Of a stretch of DNA of 64,000 nt, positions 38,416 to 48,056 are shown one piece after another. Source of the DNA: a virus (lineage: Duplodnaviria > Heunggongvirae > Uroviricota > Caudoviricetes); the IMG/VR virus record IMGVR_UViG_3300042922_001018, one strand, 5' to 3'. Below the pieces are notes generated by a model. It was not told where the DNA came from. It worked only from the letters and a program-made list of their open reading frames with translations, and did not search any database. Both the position numbers and the translations under genes were made by a program. Each line of letters starts with the position of its first letter. Position 1 is the first letter of the stretch.

Positions 38416-39582
38416 ATGAGACAGCTTTCTTTTGCATGCCCGGAACGGGACGAACGTGGAGCAACCGACCCCATCCTCATCATCGCGGGTATCGCCATCA
38501 CGCTCATCCTGCTCGTCGGCGGCTCGTTCGCGGTCTCCGGATTCATCGCGAACGCGAACGACACCAACGCGAAGAGCGACCTCGACCGCATCGCCACCGC
38601 GCAAGCTGCATTCCTCGCTGAGCACGACCGATACGGTGCGCTCAGCGTCGGACCCGGCGTCAGCACGAAGAACACCGAGCTGGCCGATTCATCTATCGGG
38701 TTCACTCCGACTGCGGGGAATGACGCCCTCGTTCACACTACCGACCAGAGCTGGGCAGCGGTTACTGAATCGGCCTCCGGCCGTATCTTCATGCGTTCGT
38801 CCGCAAGCGCGACTCAGGTCGATGTCACCAGCGCAGTCGGAACGTTCAGCCCATGGGCTGAGGCTCGACAGAACTTCGTCACCAACCCAGCCCAGGTTGC
38901 TTCAGGTTCCAGTCTAGAGCGTACGACCGCCGTACCGAACCTCACGGTTACCAGCGTGGCAACAGACGGGCACCCGTCTATCGCCACCGCGACGCGCGTC
39001 ACCGCGACGGCCAGCATCCCGAGTTCCACTCGTCCTTCCTTCAAGTTCAACGGCGACCTCGACGCAGCCACACCGAACGGAGGCTACCCGGTCACCCCTG
39101 GGCAGGCATACCAGTTCGCGGCTGACTGGAAAGCCAGCATCGGCGATGTTCGGCTACGGTATCGCTACCACGACGGAACATCATGGATTGGCATGGCAGG
39201 ACAGACCAGTTCGGCAAACGTCACTGATTATGGTTCGTACAAGACCACTTCGTTCGGCCGGTACGGAACTACCGCTCCAGCGGGAGCGACGCATGTCGTC
39301 GTCACTCTCGAAATGAACCGCGCAGGCGGTTTCCCCCGTGATGCGTGGTTCGAGTACACGGGTCTGTACTTCGGTCAGGTTGACGGCCTGAACCGTCACT
39401 ACTTCGATGAGAGCGCCGAGACCAGTACCCTCCGCGCTCGCTGGCTCGGCGAGCCGAACGCGTCCGCTCGCGTTCTGGAGGCACGCACGCTGACGCCAGG
39501 CGAAGACTCGTGGACAGCCACGCTCCCCGCAGACATCTCCCGGTCCACCATCAGCGAGATGGCGAACCGGGTCGCAGGCTAA
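38416..39582 (+). CDS. Type IV pilin-like protein with beta-rich C-terminal domain
   Basis: ERDERG|ATDPILIIAGIAITLILLVGG class III-like signal, followed by an AKSDL..IATAQ helix. Confidence 0.65.
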   Translation: MRQLSFACPERDERGATDPILIIAGIAITLILLVGGSFAVSGFIANANDTNAKSDLDRIATAQAAFLAEHDRYGALSVGPGVSTKNTELADSSIGFTPTAGNDALVHTTDQSWAAVTESASGRIFMRSSASATQVDVTSAVGTFSPWAEARQNFVTNPAQVASGSSLERTTAVPNLTVTSVATDGHPSIATATRVTATASIPSSTRPSFKFNGDLDAATPNGGYPVTPGQAYQFAADWKASIGDVRLRYRYHDGTSWIGMAGQTSSANVTDYGSYKTTSFGRYGTTAPAGATHVVVTLEMNRAGGFPRDAWFEYTGLYFGQVDGLNRHYFDESAETSTLRARWLGEPNASARVLEARTLTPGEDSWTATLPADISRSTISEMANRVAG

Positions 39583-40388
39583 GCCCGGAACGAGTCGCCG
39601 ACGCGGGGCTTCGGCACGCCCTCGCAAGTGATGTCCTGAACGCTGAGGCGCCGCGTGTCAAGGACCGCCATGTTCTCGTCACTGAACTCTCGGTCCAGAC
39701 CGTAGATAGCGGTCTGGAAGCCACTGAACGGGAAGGTTCCGCGCACCCGACGGTGCCAGTGGCCGTGCCAGAGCTGGGTCGGCATGACATGCTGAAAGAT
39801 GCGGTTGAGCTGGATACGGCTCGTCTCGGCGTAGTGCCGCTCAGCCATGTCCCATCGCCCTTCCAGCGCGGCGATGTCCAACTCGGGGATGCCGGTGGGC
39901 GCGTCGTGGCACAGCATCACGTCGATGGTGCCGGGAATGACGTTGCGGATGATGTCGTCCGCTTCGGTGCGCGAGATGTTCTCCTGGAGGAACCAGTCGA
40001 GACCGCGCGTACGCTGCTTGTAGTCGATGCTGGACGCGCCGGAGACGGCAAGAAAGCGACGCTTGTCACGCTCGAACTCGTAACCGCGCGGCACGATGAC
40101 GATGTCCTTCGTCAGCCAGATGAGACCATCGGCAGAAGCGGACTGACGCTCCACCCAGTCGTAGTCCTCGTGGTTACCGAGCACCACGTAGAGCTTCATG
40201 GGGTGACCCGAGTTGTCGATGGCTTCCTGCATCTTGTCGATGTAGAAGTTGATGCCGTCCACAGTACCGATGAAGCCGATGTCACCCAGATGCCAGATTT
40301 CATGCACCTTGGCAGCAGCGAACCCGGCGATGGCCTTCTCAGCCCAGTTGACGTTCTTGTGCCAGTCTCCGGCAATACCGATTCGCAT
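39579..40388 (-). CDS. Calcineurin-like metallophosphoesterase
   Basis: GDWH, LGD, GNHE, HDAP, HGHWH. Confidence 0.9.
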   Translation of the reverse strand: MRIGIAGDWHKNVNWAEKAIAGFAAAKVHEIWHLGDIGFIGTVDGINFYIDKMQEAIDNSGHPMKLYVVLGNHEDYDWVERQSASADGLIWLTKDIVIVPRGYEFERDKRRFLAVSGASSIDYKQRTRGLDWFLQENISRTEADDIIRNVIPGTIDVMLCHDAPTGIPELDIAALEGRWDMAERHYAETSRIQLNRIFQHVMPTQLWHGHWHRRVRGTFPFSGFQTAIYGLDREFSDENMAVLDTRRLSVQDITCEGVPKPRVGDSFRA

Positions 40389-40413
40389 GGGCTTTAGTCT
40401 ACCTCATGAACCA

Positions 40414-41013
40414 TCAGAACAAGGTATCATCTGTCGTGAATTCTGGAACAGAATCCCTGGCTTGCGCACGAATCAGGCGTTCAGCCTCTTCCGGACCGAC
40501 GACTTTCTCCAGAACGGGGAACTGGCCGGTCTGTGCCAGCCATTCGACCGCCTCCTGGCTGCGACCCGAAGGCACAGGAGCGGTGAAGGAACCAGCGGGA
40601 CCGGTCAGCTTGACATCGACGACATGACGGCCGTTCCGGGTGTACGGGTAGCCCTGCTGAGTGAGCTTCACTTCGGCGGGCGGTTCGTCGGGAACGACGC
40701 TCATCCACTTTACGCCGGGCATCTCCATGATTCGGGTCATCGCGCGGCGAACCTCGGGCTGGTACGCCTTCTTACCCAGACGAGAGCGCTGCACGTCGAG
40801 GTACTCGTTCTGCTCCATGTCGTGAGGTGCGAACATGAAGACGGTGAGCGCCCCCGGTGAACCGGCAGCGACGTAACGGAAGCGAGGAGGAAGCGTGCTG
40901 TCCGCGTCAAGGGCCGACTGGACTGAGGCTTGGTCATTCAAGGACACTTCGGGATGTGTCCCCTTCCATTCAGCGAACTTGCCGTCGCCGGACCGAGGCT
41001 GTTCTCCGTACAT
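40414..41013 (-). CDS. Tagged-family protein (variant tag)
   Basis: MYGEQPRSGDGKFAEWKGTHPEVSL; TAATG coupling. Confidence 0.8.
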   Translation of the reverse strand: MYGEQPRSGDGKFAEWKGTHPEVSLNDQASVQSALDADSTLPPRFRYVAAGSPGALTVFMFAPHDMEQNEYLDVQRSRLGKKAYQPEVRRAMTRIMEMPGVKWMSVVPDEPPAEVKLTQQGYPYTRNGRHVVDVKLTGPAGSFTAPVPSGRSQEAVEWLAQTGQFPVLEKVVGPEEAERLIRAQARDSVPEFTTDDTLF

Positions 41014-41618
41014 TACCGGCGCTCGAACAGTTCCAGGCGCTCAGCCTTCTCCTGGCTCTCCAGGTGGACTTCGTACGCTACCCGGCGGGATTCTTCATGC
41101 TGTTCGATAGAAGCCGCCACCTTCTTCGCCTTCGCGAAACGGGCGGGGATAGCGTCAGCGGAGGTGTACGGCATCAGGTTCACATAATGGGTCGCGCGCT
41201 CTAGACCCGCAGTGGTCTGGTAGGCGTAACTCGGGTCCGTCTGGGCCTCAATGACCATCATCGGGTCACCGCTCTGGTAAGAGTCGTAGTGGACCTGTAC
41301 GCCTGCCTCTGCCTCGAACGCGGCGTCCGCTCGTTCGCTCCGGTTCCGAGCCTCCTCGGCATGCGGGCGCAACGCATCCGCAATGATTTCGCGGGAGGTA
41401 GTCGAGGTGGTCCATTCGCTCTGGTCCACGCCCTGAAGGTGAGTCTCCAGGTGGTAGCGCTCCATCGAATCGAGCGCGTACAACGTCGCCACATCGTCCC
41501 AGTAAGGGTCCAGGCCAGAGAGACTCGCGAGCAGGTCTTGTTCGGGCTTCGTGCCAGTCTTCGGGGCGAACTTGCCGTCCGTCTCGCGCGCTACTTCATT
41601 CTCGTCAAACATGGTCAC
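41013..41618 (-). CDS. Tagged-family protein
   Basis: (MT)MFDENEVARETDGKFAPKTGTKPEQDL; GTGA coupling. Confidence 0.8.
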   Translation of the reverse strand: MTMFDENEVARETDGKFAPKTGTKPEQDLLASLSGLDPYWDDVATLYALDSMERYHLETHLQGVDQSEWTTSTTSREIIADALRPHAEEARNRSERADAAFEAEAGVQVHYDSYQSGDPMMVIEAQTDPSYAYQTTAGLERATHYVNLMPYTSADAIPARFAKAKKVAASIEQHEESRRVAYEVHLESQEKAERLELFERR

Positions 41619-42259
41619 TCGCTACCATACACGATGAAGTCGTAGTCGTCACCAACGAAGTCGGAGAATGCAGAGTTCTGCTCGCTGAGAGCCTTGTAGA
41701 ACGCATCCCCGCGCTGCGTGTCTTCCTCTTCTACACCGTACTCAGTGAACTCGGACATCTCGCGGATGTAGCTGGCCTTGTCGTAGTCCTCGACGCTGTG
41801 CGCGTCCGACGCGCTGGACTGAAGAATCTGCGCGATGGTTGGCGCCTCAGTCAGGGCGGAACCCATGTGGTACTCGATGTTGAACTCACGGCCGTCATCG
41901 GTGCGCAGCGTAACGTCGTAGTTGTGGGTGTCTCGACCAGATGCTTCGCCGGAAGCGTTAGCGGACTGGCCGAAGCCCTGGTAGTTCGCGGTGGCTGTGA
42001 CGCCTTCGGCTTCTACCCATCGAAGGATGCGCTCCGTCTCCTCATCATCGGCGCGGCCGTATCCGAGTGGGAACTCTTCTTCCTCTACGAGCGACGCGAC
42101 GGCAGGCGAATCGGGATTCCCACGGAAACCGACGATGTCGCCGGACAGCGTCGAGTCGGCGATGAAGTTCTCCAGCTCGACCTCGGGAGGCCAGCCTTCC
42201 TTCTTCTCGAACTTCCCGTCATTGGCGCGCGGGTGAAGGTCATCTCGGAAGTCAGTCAT
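41615..42259 (-). CDS. Tagged-family protein, acidic
   Basis: MTDFRDDLHPRANDGKFEKKEGWPPEVEL. Confidence 0.85.
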   Translation of the reverse strand: MTDFRDDLHPRANDGKFEKKEGWPPEVELENFIADSTLSGDIVGFRGNPDSPAVASLVEEEEFPLGYGRADDEETERILRWVEAEGVTATANYQGFGQSANASGEASGRDTHNYDVTLRTDDGREFNIEYHMGSALTEAPTIAQILQSSASDAHSVEDYDKASYIREMSEFTEYGVEEEDTQRGDAFYKALSEQNSAFSDFVGDDYDFIVYGSE

Positions 42260-42266
42260 GCCGAGA

Positions 42267-42275
42267 TGTAGGCGG
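42267..42275 (-). promoter_or_regulatory. CCGCCTACA box
   Basis: Minus strand ccgcctaca-tctcggc-ATG(42259). Confidence 0.75.
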
Positions 42276-42287
42276 AACGATGGACGC

Positions 42288-42971
42288 TCAGTCGTTCGAG
42301 AGGAACCCGAAGATGTTCAGCAGCGCGGTGAACAGGTTGTAGATGTCCAGGAAGACGTTCAGCGCGTAGTAAGACGGCGGAAGCTCATCGGCGCCTACAC
42401 GGTCGCGAATCATCTGGATGTCGATGAACGTGTAGATGGAGAAGATGGCGACGACAGCCAACGAGATGACGAAGGAGAGGACCGGGAGCTGGAAGAGGAA
42501 CGCGTTCAGCAGGCTCAGCACGATGATGCCGAGGACGATGGCGAACATCGCGGGCATGAAGCGGTACATCGACTTCTTGCTGGTCCATCCCCAGTACGCC
42601 ATCACGCCGAACACGAAAGCAGTACCGAGCGCTGCCATGCCGACCACGTTCCCTGCGCCTGCCGCCACGTACGCGTTCAGCGTCGGGTACAGCACGACAC
42701 CGAGGATGGTGGGGATGACCACCGCAAACACACCCATGAGCTTCTTGGCTTTCCGCGCGAAAGCGGAAGCGATGAGCGCGATGAGCACGACGAAGTACAG
42801 CGGCATCATGAGAGCGGCCGGAACGAGCGGGCCGAGAATGAACGTCCCGACCGCAGCGGTCGCGAAGGAGATGCCGAGCCACAACATCACCTTCGAGTAG
42901 AAGCTGTTCTCCGTCTTCTGGACTGGCGCGGGCGCGTAGACGGGTTCTGCGGGAGGAGGCGTAAGTGACAT
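42288..42971 (-). CDS. Bax inhibitor-1/YccA family membrane protein
   Basis: About 7 TM; YTFIDIQMI and ALNVFLDIYNLF. Confidence 0.88.
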   Translation of the reverse strand: MSLTPPPAEPVYAPAPVQKTENSFYSKVMLWLGISFATAAVGTFILGPLVPAALMMPLYFVVLIALIASAFARKAKKLMGVFAVVIPTILGVVLYPTLNAYVAAGAGNVVGMAALGTAFVFGVMAYWGWTSKKSMYRFMPAMFAIVLGIIVLSLLNAFLFQLPVLSFVISLAVVAIFSIYTFIDIQMIRDRVGADELPPSYYALNVFLDIYNLFTALLNIFGFLSND

Positions 42972-42997
42972 GCATCCATTCTACCGCATGGTCCCGT

Positions 42998-43435
42998 TTA
43001 GCTGACGCCGCCTTCCTTCTGAGCGCAGACGACAAGACGGCCTCCATTGACGACCTTGTCGCGGAGACGCTCCTGGGCGTCCTGCTCGTACTTCGGGGCT
43101 GCGCCGTGCTCATGCAGCGCTGTCACCTCGTCGATACGCCGAGCCAGTTCTTTCGCTGACGGAGCGCTAAGAGCGAGGACAGAGAAGGCAAGACCCTCAC
43201 GGCCTGTCGGGTAAGTGTAGAGCTGGCAGTCATAGGCCAGAGCATCGACAGAACGCTTGAACCAGGATACGGCGAAGCCGCTGCGGGCGGACTCGGACGG
43301 CGCGACCTCGATGTACGCGGTAAAGAGTTTCCTCCCTTCGCGGTACCCGGTCTTTCCGGGTACGAGGAGAATCTGCTTGTCACGGCGGGAAGCGAACACA
43401 ATGGCCTTTCGGGTCGGAAGCTTCGAGCCTAGCAA
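42998..43435 (-). CDS. Hypothetical protein
   Basis: ORF fills the gap; start uncertain. Confidence 0.45.
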   Translation of the reverse strand: MLGSKLPTRKAIVFASRRDKQILLVPGKTGYREGRKLFTAYIEVAPSESARSGFAVSWFKRSVDALAYDCQLYTYPTGREGLAFSVLALSAPSAKELARRIDEVTALHEHGAAPKYEQDAQERLRDKVVNGGRLVVCAQKEGGVS

Positions 43436-43477
43436 ATGCGTACTTGCATCACTGAGCGTGTCGTGTAGACTGGCCGG

Positions 43478-44122
43478 GTGAGCACAGGTATTCTCTTCCC
43501 GAACGTGAGGCCCAAGGCTTCCGCGCTAGCGCTCATTCAGCGGGACCGCCACCCCCGCGTTCTACGGTACGCCGAGGCGGCAATGCGCAGCAAGCTCGGC
43601 GTATCCGAGCATCGAGAGAACCTCTGGATTGAGGGTTACCAGCGATTCGGTGACGAGTTCGAAGCAACTTTCGCGGCGCTGAAAGGGAACTTCAACACCA
43701 TCAAGCGCCCGGCGCGAATGCACAATGAGCTGGAGGGGAAGCTCGCGGACCCGTGGATGCTGGTCGGTCGGCGTCTGGAAGAGCTACCGCAGAGCGTTCA
43801 AGACGCGTGGCATCTCTTCCGTAGTCGCGAGGATGTCGTCCGCGTCTGGATAAACGACCCGAAGCCTCCTGTTGACCTCGCCGACATCTTCAGTTGGGCG
43901 GTAGGCGACGGATACTTCGACTGGGAGAACCTGGGGAAGACCTGGACCGACCGCATCACCACCAAGTTCCGCTGGACGCTCCCCGAGCTTCGTGAAGTGA
44001 TGGCTTACGGCCTCACGCATGAAGAAGTGGACGAGTACCGTCGCCGTGGGCTGAAGACGGCGAAGCAGTTCGCCGCGCATTTCCGGGATGGAATCCCCAT
44101 CGAGTACATCGTGGTCATCTGA
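43478..44122 (+). CDS. GxPxEY-tail family, RHP/GYxRFGD subfamily
   Basis: RHP...GYQRFGDEFE...DPW; ends DGIPIEYIVVI. Confidence 0.75.
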   Translation: MSTGILFPNVRPKASALALIQRDRHPRVLRYAEAAMRSKLGVSEHRENLWIEGYQRFGDEFEATFAALKGNFNTIKRPARMHNELEGKLADPWMLVGRRLEELPQSVQDAWHLFRSREDVVRVWINDPKPPVDLADIFSWAVGDGYFDWENLGKTWTDRITTKFRWTLPELREVMAYGLTHEEVDEYRRRGLKTAKQFAAHFRDGIPIEYIVVI

Positions 44123-44832
44123 TGGCAGAGCGGCTCATCACGTCGAAGAACGCGTTCTTCAACGTCCGACCGGGCACCACTGGCGCGAGGCGCCAGCAGC
44201 CTGCAACCATTGACGAAGCGCGACACCCGGCGCTCGCCCGGTACGCGGTCATGTCGGGAACGTACTCCAACAGCCCGGCGCTGCCAGGATTGTGGCAAAA
44301 CGGCTACAACCGGTTCGGCGACGAGTTCGAAGCGCTTGTCTCCGACATCTCCTCCCGGAAGCCGACCGAGTACGCCAAGCGTCTCCTACAGCTCGACGAC
44401 CTCTGGAAGCTCGTGGGCCTCCGGTGGGAAGAGCTACGCCCAGAAGAACAGCTCGCGTGGGAGCATGCTCGTTCCGACAGCCGCAGCCGCGCGCTTCCTC
44501 ATATCGCCCGCCGAACGACGCCGGAGCGGTATCCCGAGCTGCTCGCATGGTCTGGCGTCAACCGCATCGAGTTCTTCCACGGCCGTGCCTGGGGAGAAGC
44601 CATCTATGGCAGCGCCATCAGCAAGGTCGCCCAGGGACAGCAGGGCCACCGCTTCTACTACAAGAGCCTCATGACAGAGCCGCGCGTTGAAGACCTCCTG
44701 CTTCTTGCTGAAGCGGGCGTAACACCCGCTGAGCTGTACATGGTGGTTTCGCAATACGGCCTCACTGTGGAGCAGGCGCGTATTCACTTCATCGAGGGCA
44801 TCGCGCCGGAGTATCTCGTCGCCATGGAGTGA
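44122..44832 (+). CDS. GxPxEY-tail family, RHP/GYxRFGD subfamily
   Basis: RHP...GYNRFGDEFE; ends EGIAPEYLVAME. Confidence 0.75.
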   Translation: MAERLITSKNAFFNVRPGTTGARRQQPATIDEARHPALARYAVMSGTYSNSPALPGLWQNGYNRFGDEFEALVSDISSRKPTEYAKRLLQLDDLWKLVGLRWEELRPEEQLAWEHARSDSRSRALPHIARRTTPERYPELLAWSGVNRIEFFHGRAWGEAIYGSAISKVAQGQQGHRFYYKSLMTEPRVEDLLLLAEAGVTPAELYMVVSQYGLTVEQARIHFIEGIAPEYLVAME

Positions 44833-44869
44833 CTCCGGCGCGCACGAAACCGCGTGATACACTCAGAGT

Positions 44870-45217
44870 ATGCCGGGCGACAACTACTTCCGTGACCTGG
44901 AAGCCGAGTACATCGCAGCAGCTCTGAGCGATGATTCCAGCGACCAGGAACATACCCCTGCGTCCGGCGTAACGGAGAGCATCTGGTCTGGGTACGTCCA
45001 GTCCGAAGACGGCGTAGCCGTGTACGCCATCGGCGAGCGGGAAGATGTCGTCATCACCGATGACCTCCTCAACGGATACCTCTTCGATGACCCCTTCGCC
45101 GCAGCCATCGAGCCGGAGTTCCAGGCACAGGTCATCACATCTGTCATCGCGGTTGTAGGCCATGTCCCGACCGAGAACGAAGTGGTCGATGCGCTCTCGG
45201 AAGCCTTCATCACCTGA
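44870..45217 (+). CDS. Small highly acidic protein
   Basis: TACACT-N6-ATG; D/E-rich with almost no K/R. Confidence 0.65.
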   Translation: MPGDNYFRDLEAEYIAAALSDDSSDQEHTPASGVTESIWSGYVQSEDGVAVYAIGEREDVVITDDLLNGYLFDDPFAAAIEPEFQAQVITSVIAVVGHVPTENEVVDALSEAFIT

Positions 45218-45451
45218 CCCGCCGTCTCGGCGTCGGAGTGCTCTTCAAGACCGCATAGACGCCGGTCTCGCTGACCCGATTTCGGACTACGAACGAGAAC
45301 AGTCGCGTCAGCTTGCTCTCGTCTACATACGTCGCTTCGGGAAGCACTCGTTCATCCGGGCCTTCGGTGAAGACCACTACCGCCGGGTTACCGCGGCTCC
45401 GGATTCGTCTCGGCCCCTGCCGCTCTCATAGAACCGGTGTAGGATGGCGGA

Positions 45452-46102
45452 ATGCGCGTCATCATTGCAGAACTCTCCGTCGTCTATACAGGCCGTGGAG
45501 ACACCTATCTTCCGCCCGCGGTCCGCGCTCTCATCCTGAAAGGTGACGGCGCCGTCTCCATCCACGACGATGCAGGCAACAAGCCGCTCAACTACATGAA
45601 CGGCGGAAAGTACGAGCTGACGGAGACCCAGATGCACGATGGTTCCGTCCTGTGGTCCTTCGATACTCGCCAGGAGTCCATCCAGGTTTCGCTGCACCGC
45701 ATCGTCTCGGATACCGCACACGAACTGGACGTGGAAGCCCCACGGCTCGAACGCGACGGTACGGAGTCGCAGCTTCAGGAATGGATTGCCCAGCACCCCG
45801 AATCCATCGGGCCTGGCTTCACATTCGTCGCCCGTGAGTACGCGACCGGCGCTGGGCCGGTAGACATTCTCGTTGCTGACGCTAGCGGGCGCCCCGTCGT
45901 CGTAGAAGTGAAGCGCACGGCCATGCTCGGAGCCTGCGACCAAGTCGGGCGTTACGTCGCCGCGATTCGTGAACAGCCTGGCTTCGAGGACGCTGTAGGC
46001 ATCATCGCCGCACTGGACATCCGGCCGAAGACCCAGATTCTTGCAGACAAGCGAGGCATCGAAACAGTCACGCTACCCGCATACTGGCGCGACCACGGAT
46101 AA
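45452..46102 (+). CDS. nucS: Endonuclease NucS/EndoMS
   Basis: MRVIIA...Y.GR...LP.A.R...K.DGAVSIH.D...KPLNYM; REYAT..GPVDIL; VVEVKR; Q..RY. Confidence 0.9.
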   Translation: MRVIIAELSVVYTGRGDTYLPPAVRALILKGDGAVSIHDDAGNKPLNYMNGGKYELTETQMHDGSVLWSFDTRQESIQVSLHRIVSDTAHELDVEAPRLERDGTESQLQEWIAQHPESIGPGFTFVAREYATGAGPVDILVADASGRPVVVEVKRTAMLGACDQVGRYVAAIREQPGFEDAVGIIAALDIRPKTQILADKRGIETVTLPAYWRDHG

Positions 46103-46112
46103 GCTGGTAGCT

Positions 46113-46427
46113 GTGCCCGTAAAATCCAAGACGCCCGCCGTACCGAGAGACCTCACGCCCCTCGGCGCGGCGATGCTCGTCCTGGGATGGGTTCTACTCG
46201 TAGCCGGTGGCGGGCACCTCATCAGCCAGCTCATCCCATTCATCACCGTAGCCTTCTCATCCGCCCTGGCGGGCGCACCGGAAGGACTCGCTCTTCTCTT
46301 GTTGCCTGTAGCCGTGGTCGCCACCTTCGGCATCCAGGTGTACCTGACGAAGAACAACAGCGCGGGACCAGCACTCATGAACGGCGTCGTCATCTTCGGG
46401 CTGGTCCTATTCACGCTCCTGCGCTGA
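46113..46427 (+). CDS. Small membrane protein
   Basis: 3 hydrophobic segments. Confidence 0.6.
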   Translation: MPVKSKTPAVPRDLTPLGAAMLVLGWVLLVAGGGHLISQLIPFITVAFSSALAGAPEGLALLLLPVAVVATFGIQVYLTKNNSAGPALMNGVVIFGLVLFTLLR

Positions 46428-46465
46428 ACGCGCGCGTCCCTCGAATGATGCAGTAGACTGCAAGC

Positions 46466-46789
46466 ATGACCACGCTCACCGCGCCCAAGCGACTCACTGG
46501 TGGACAGAAGTACGCCACAGTGATGTTCTACCTGGCCTCTCTCGTACTCGGTTGGAAGGCTGCGCAGTTCGCAACCGTCGCCGTCCTGGAGAGTGTGTAC
46601 ACCGGGTACGGCATCGTATGGGCAGTCCTCTCAGTCCAGCTCTTCCTCGCTGGCTTCGGGGCGTCCCTCTACTTCATGTTCACCGGCCGCTCCACTCGCC
46701 GCGCTGACCTGGGAGCTGCCGGTGTGGCTCTCAGCGCAGCCATCGTGGCCGCGGCATGCTGGGTCATTATGCAGGTCGCTCTTCGCTAA
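46466..46789 (+). CDS. Small membrane protein
   Basis: TAGACT-N6-ATG; 3 TM. Confidence 0.65.
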   Translation: MTTLTAPKRLTGGQKYATVMFYLASLVLGWKAAQFATVAVLESVYTGYGIVWAVLSVQLFLAGFGASLYFMFTGRSTRRADLGAAGVALSAAIVAAACWVIMQVALR

Positions 46790-46814
46790 ACTGGGAGGCA
46801 ACCGAAAGGCACGG

Positions 46815-47324
46815 ATGTCTAACCCTCAGTACCCGAGTCCTCCGCCGTACCAGCCTCAGCCGCCAACGGCGCAGCCTCACTACGTCCAGCCTCATCCGCA
46901 GTCGTGGCAGCAGCCAGGACCGGGCTACGTTCTACCTCAGCACCCGTACGGGCACGGATACCCGCCGCCGCCGCAGTATGGCCCGCCTCAGCCTGAGCGC
47001 GCTACCGGCGGTCGTATCGCCATGTTCTCGGTAGCTGCCTCACTCAGCGGCATCTCGTGGCTCTTCGGCCTGTTCGCCCTCGTCGGCGGATTCAGTTCCG
47101 GTGGTGACTCAACTGCTGGGATGATTCTGCTTCTTGTCGCGGCAGTATCGGTCGGTGGCTCCGCGTTCTTCATCTACCGCGCGGTGAAGACGAAGTTCCG
47201 CTACCTCTGGTCCATCATGCTCCTCGTCCTGAATGTCGTACTCCCGATTCTCTTCTTCATCCTCATCTTCGGCCTCCTGCTTCTCCTCTTCGCTGGAGCA
47301 GCTTCAGTCGGGACGTTCGCGTGA
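46815..47324 (+). CDS. Membrane protein with Pro/Gln/Tyr-rich N-terminus
   Basis: SD gaaagg; 3 TM. Confidence 0.65.
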   Translation: MSNPQYPSPPPYQPQPPTAQPHYVQPHPQSWQQPGPGYVLPQHPYGHGYPPPPQYGPPQPERATGGRIAMFSVAASLSGISWLFGLFALVGGFSSGGDSTAGMILLLVAAVSVGGSAFFIYRAVKTKFRYLWSIMLLVLNVVLPILFFILIFGLLLLLFAGAASVGTFA

Positions 47325-47644
47325 CCTACCCTTCCATGGTGCGGGAAACGCCGACTACAGGTCGTATCGTCCTGTTCGTCATCTCCCTCATACTTGCGGT
47401 CATCCCGTGGGCTTTCTGGTTCATCACCGGGCTAGCCACGGGCGGCATCTTCGTGCTCAGCATCATGTTCCTCTGTGGCTTCCTCCTCGTGGGAGGGCTG
47501 CTCGCCTGGTTCATAGTCATGGCGGTACGGAGCGGGTATCGCTACAAATGGTCCATCTGGATTATCGTCGTTGGCTTCGTCCTACCCGCGCTGGCGACAG
47601 GCGCACTGGTTCTCCTCATCGCCCTGGCGTTCGCGGCCTGGTAA
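47321..47644 (+). CDS. Small membrane protein, paralog of upstream gene
   Basis: TGRI...AV...RY.WSI shared; GTGA coupling. Confidence 0.65.
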   Translation: MTYPSMVRETPTTGRIVLFVISLILAVIPWAFWFITGLATGGIFVLSIMFLCGFLLVGGLLAWFIVMAVRSGYRYKWSIWIIVVGFVLPALATGALVLLIALAFAAW

Positions 47645-47653
47645 GCTGAGCAG

Positions 47654-48046
47654 ATGGAAGAAGAGTCCGTTGCTGACGCTCCACACCCTCGTACTGGCGG
47701 CACGCCTGTAAGTGACGAGCTGAACAGCCGCCTCAACGCTCCACTCGCACGCCGACTCGTATGGGGCGGTGCCGTAGGCGGCTCCATCTGGTTCTGGTGG
47801 TACGCCATCAGGGCCATCTTCGGTTACTCCTTCCTCGCAAGCCTCTCCCCTGACCTCGCCCCCGCGATGGTATTCGCGCTCATTGTGGGCGCCATCGGGG
47901 TCGCGAGTGCCGTCTTCATCCTCATCGCCGGATACCGCAAGAACCTGTCTGTCGGCTACTCCCTCTTGTACTTCGCGGTCGCCGCTGTGACATGGCTCAT
48001 CATTGCCTACGGCACCGACCACATCGTGATGTCGCTGCTCGGTTGA
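47654..48046 (+). CDS. Small membrane protein
   Basis: 3 TM. Confidence 0.6.
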   Translation: MEEESVADAPHPRTGGTPVSDELNSRLNAPLARRLVWGGAVGGSIWFWWYAIRAIFGYSFLASLSPDLAPAMVFALIVGAIGVASAVFILIAGYRKNLSVGYSLLYFAVAAVTWLIIAYGTDHIVMSLLG

Positions 48047-48056
48047 CAACTCGGCG

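Noticed and set aside
47774-47781. CCGCCTAC on the minus strand
   Set aside because: Inside a plus-strand membrane gene, the ninth base differs, and no start or tag follows at 7 nt; likely chance.
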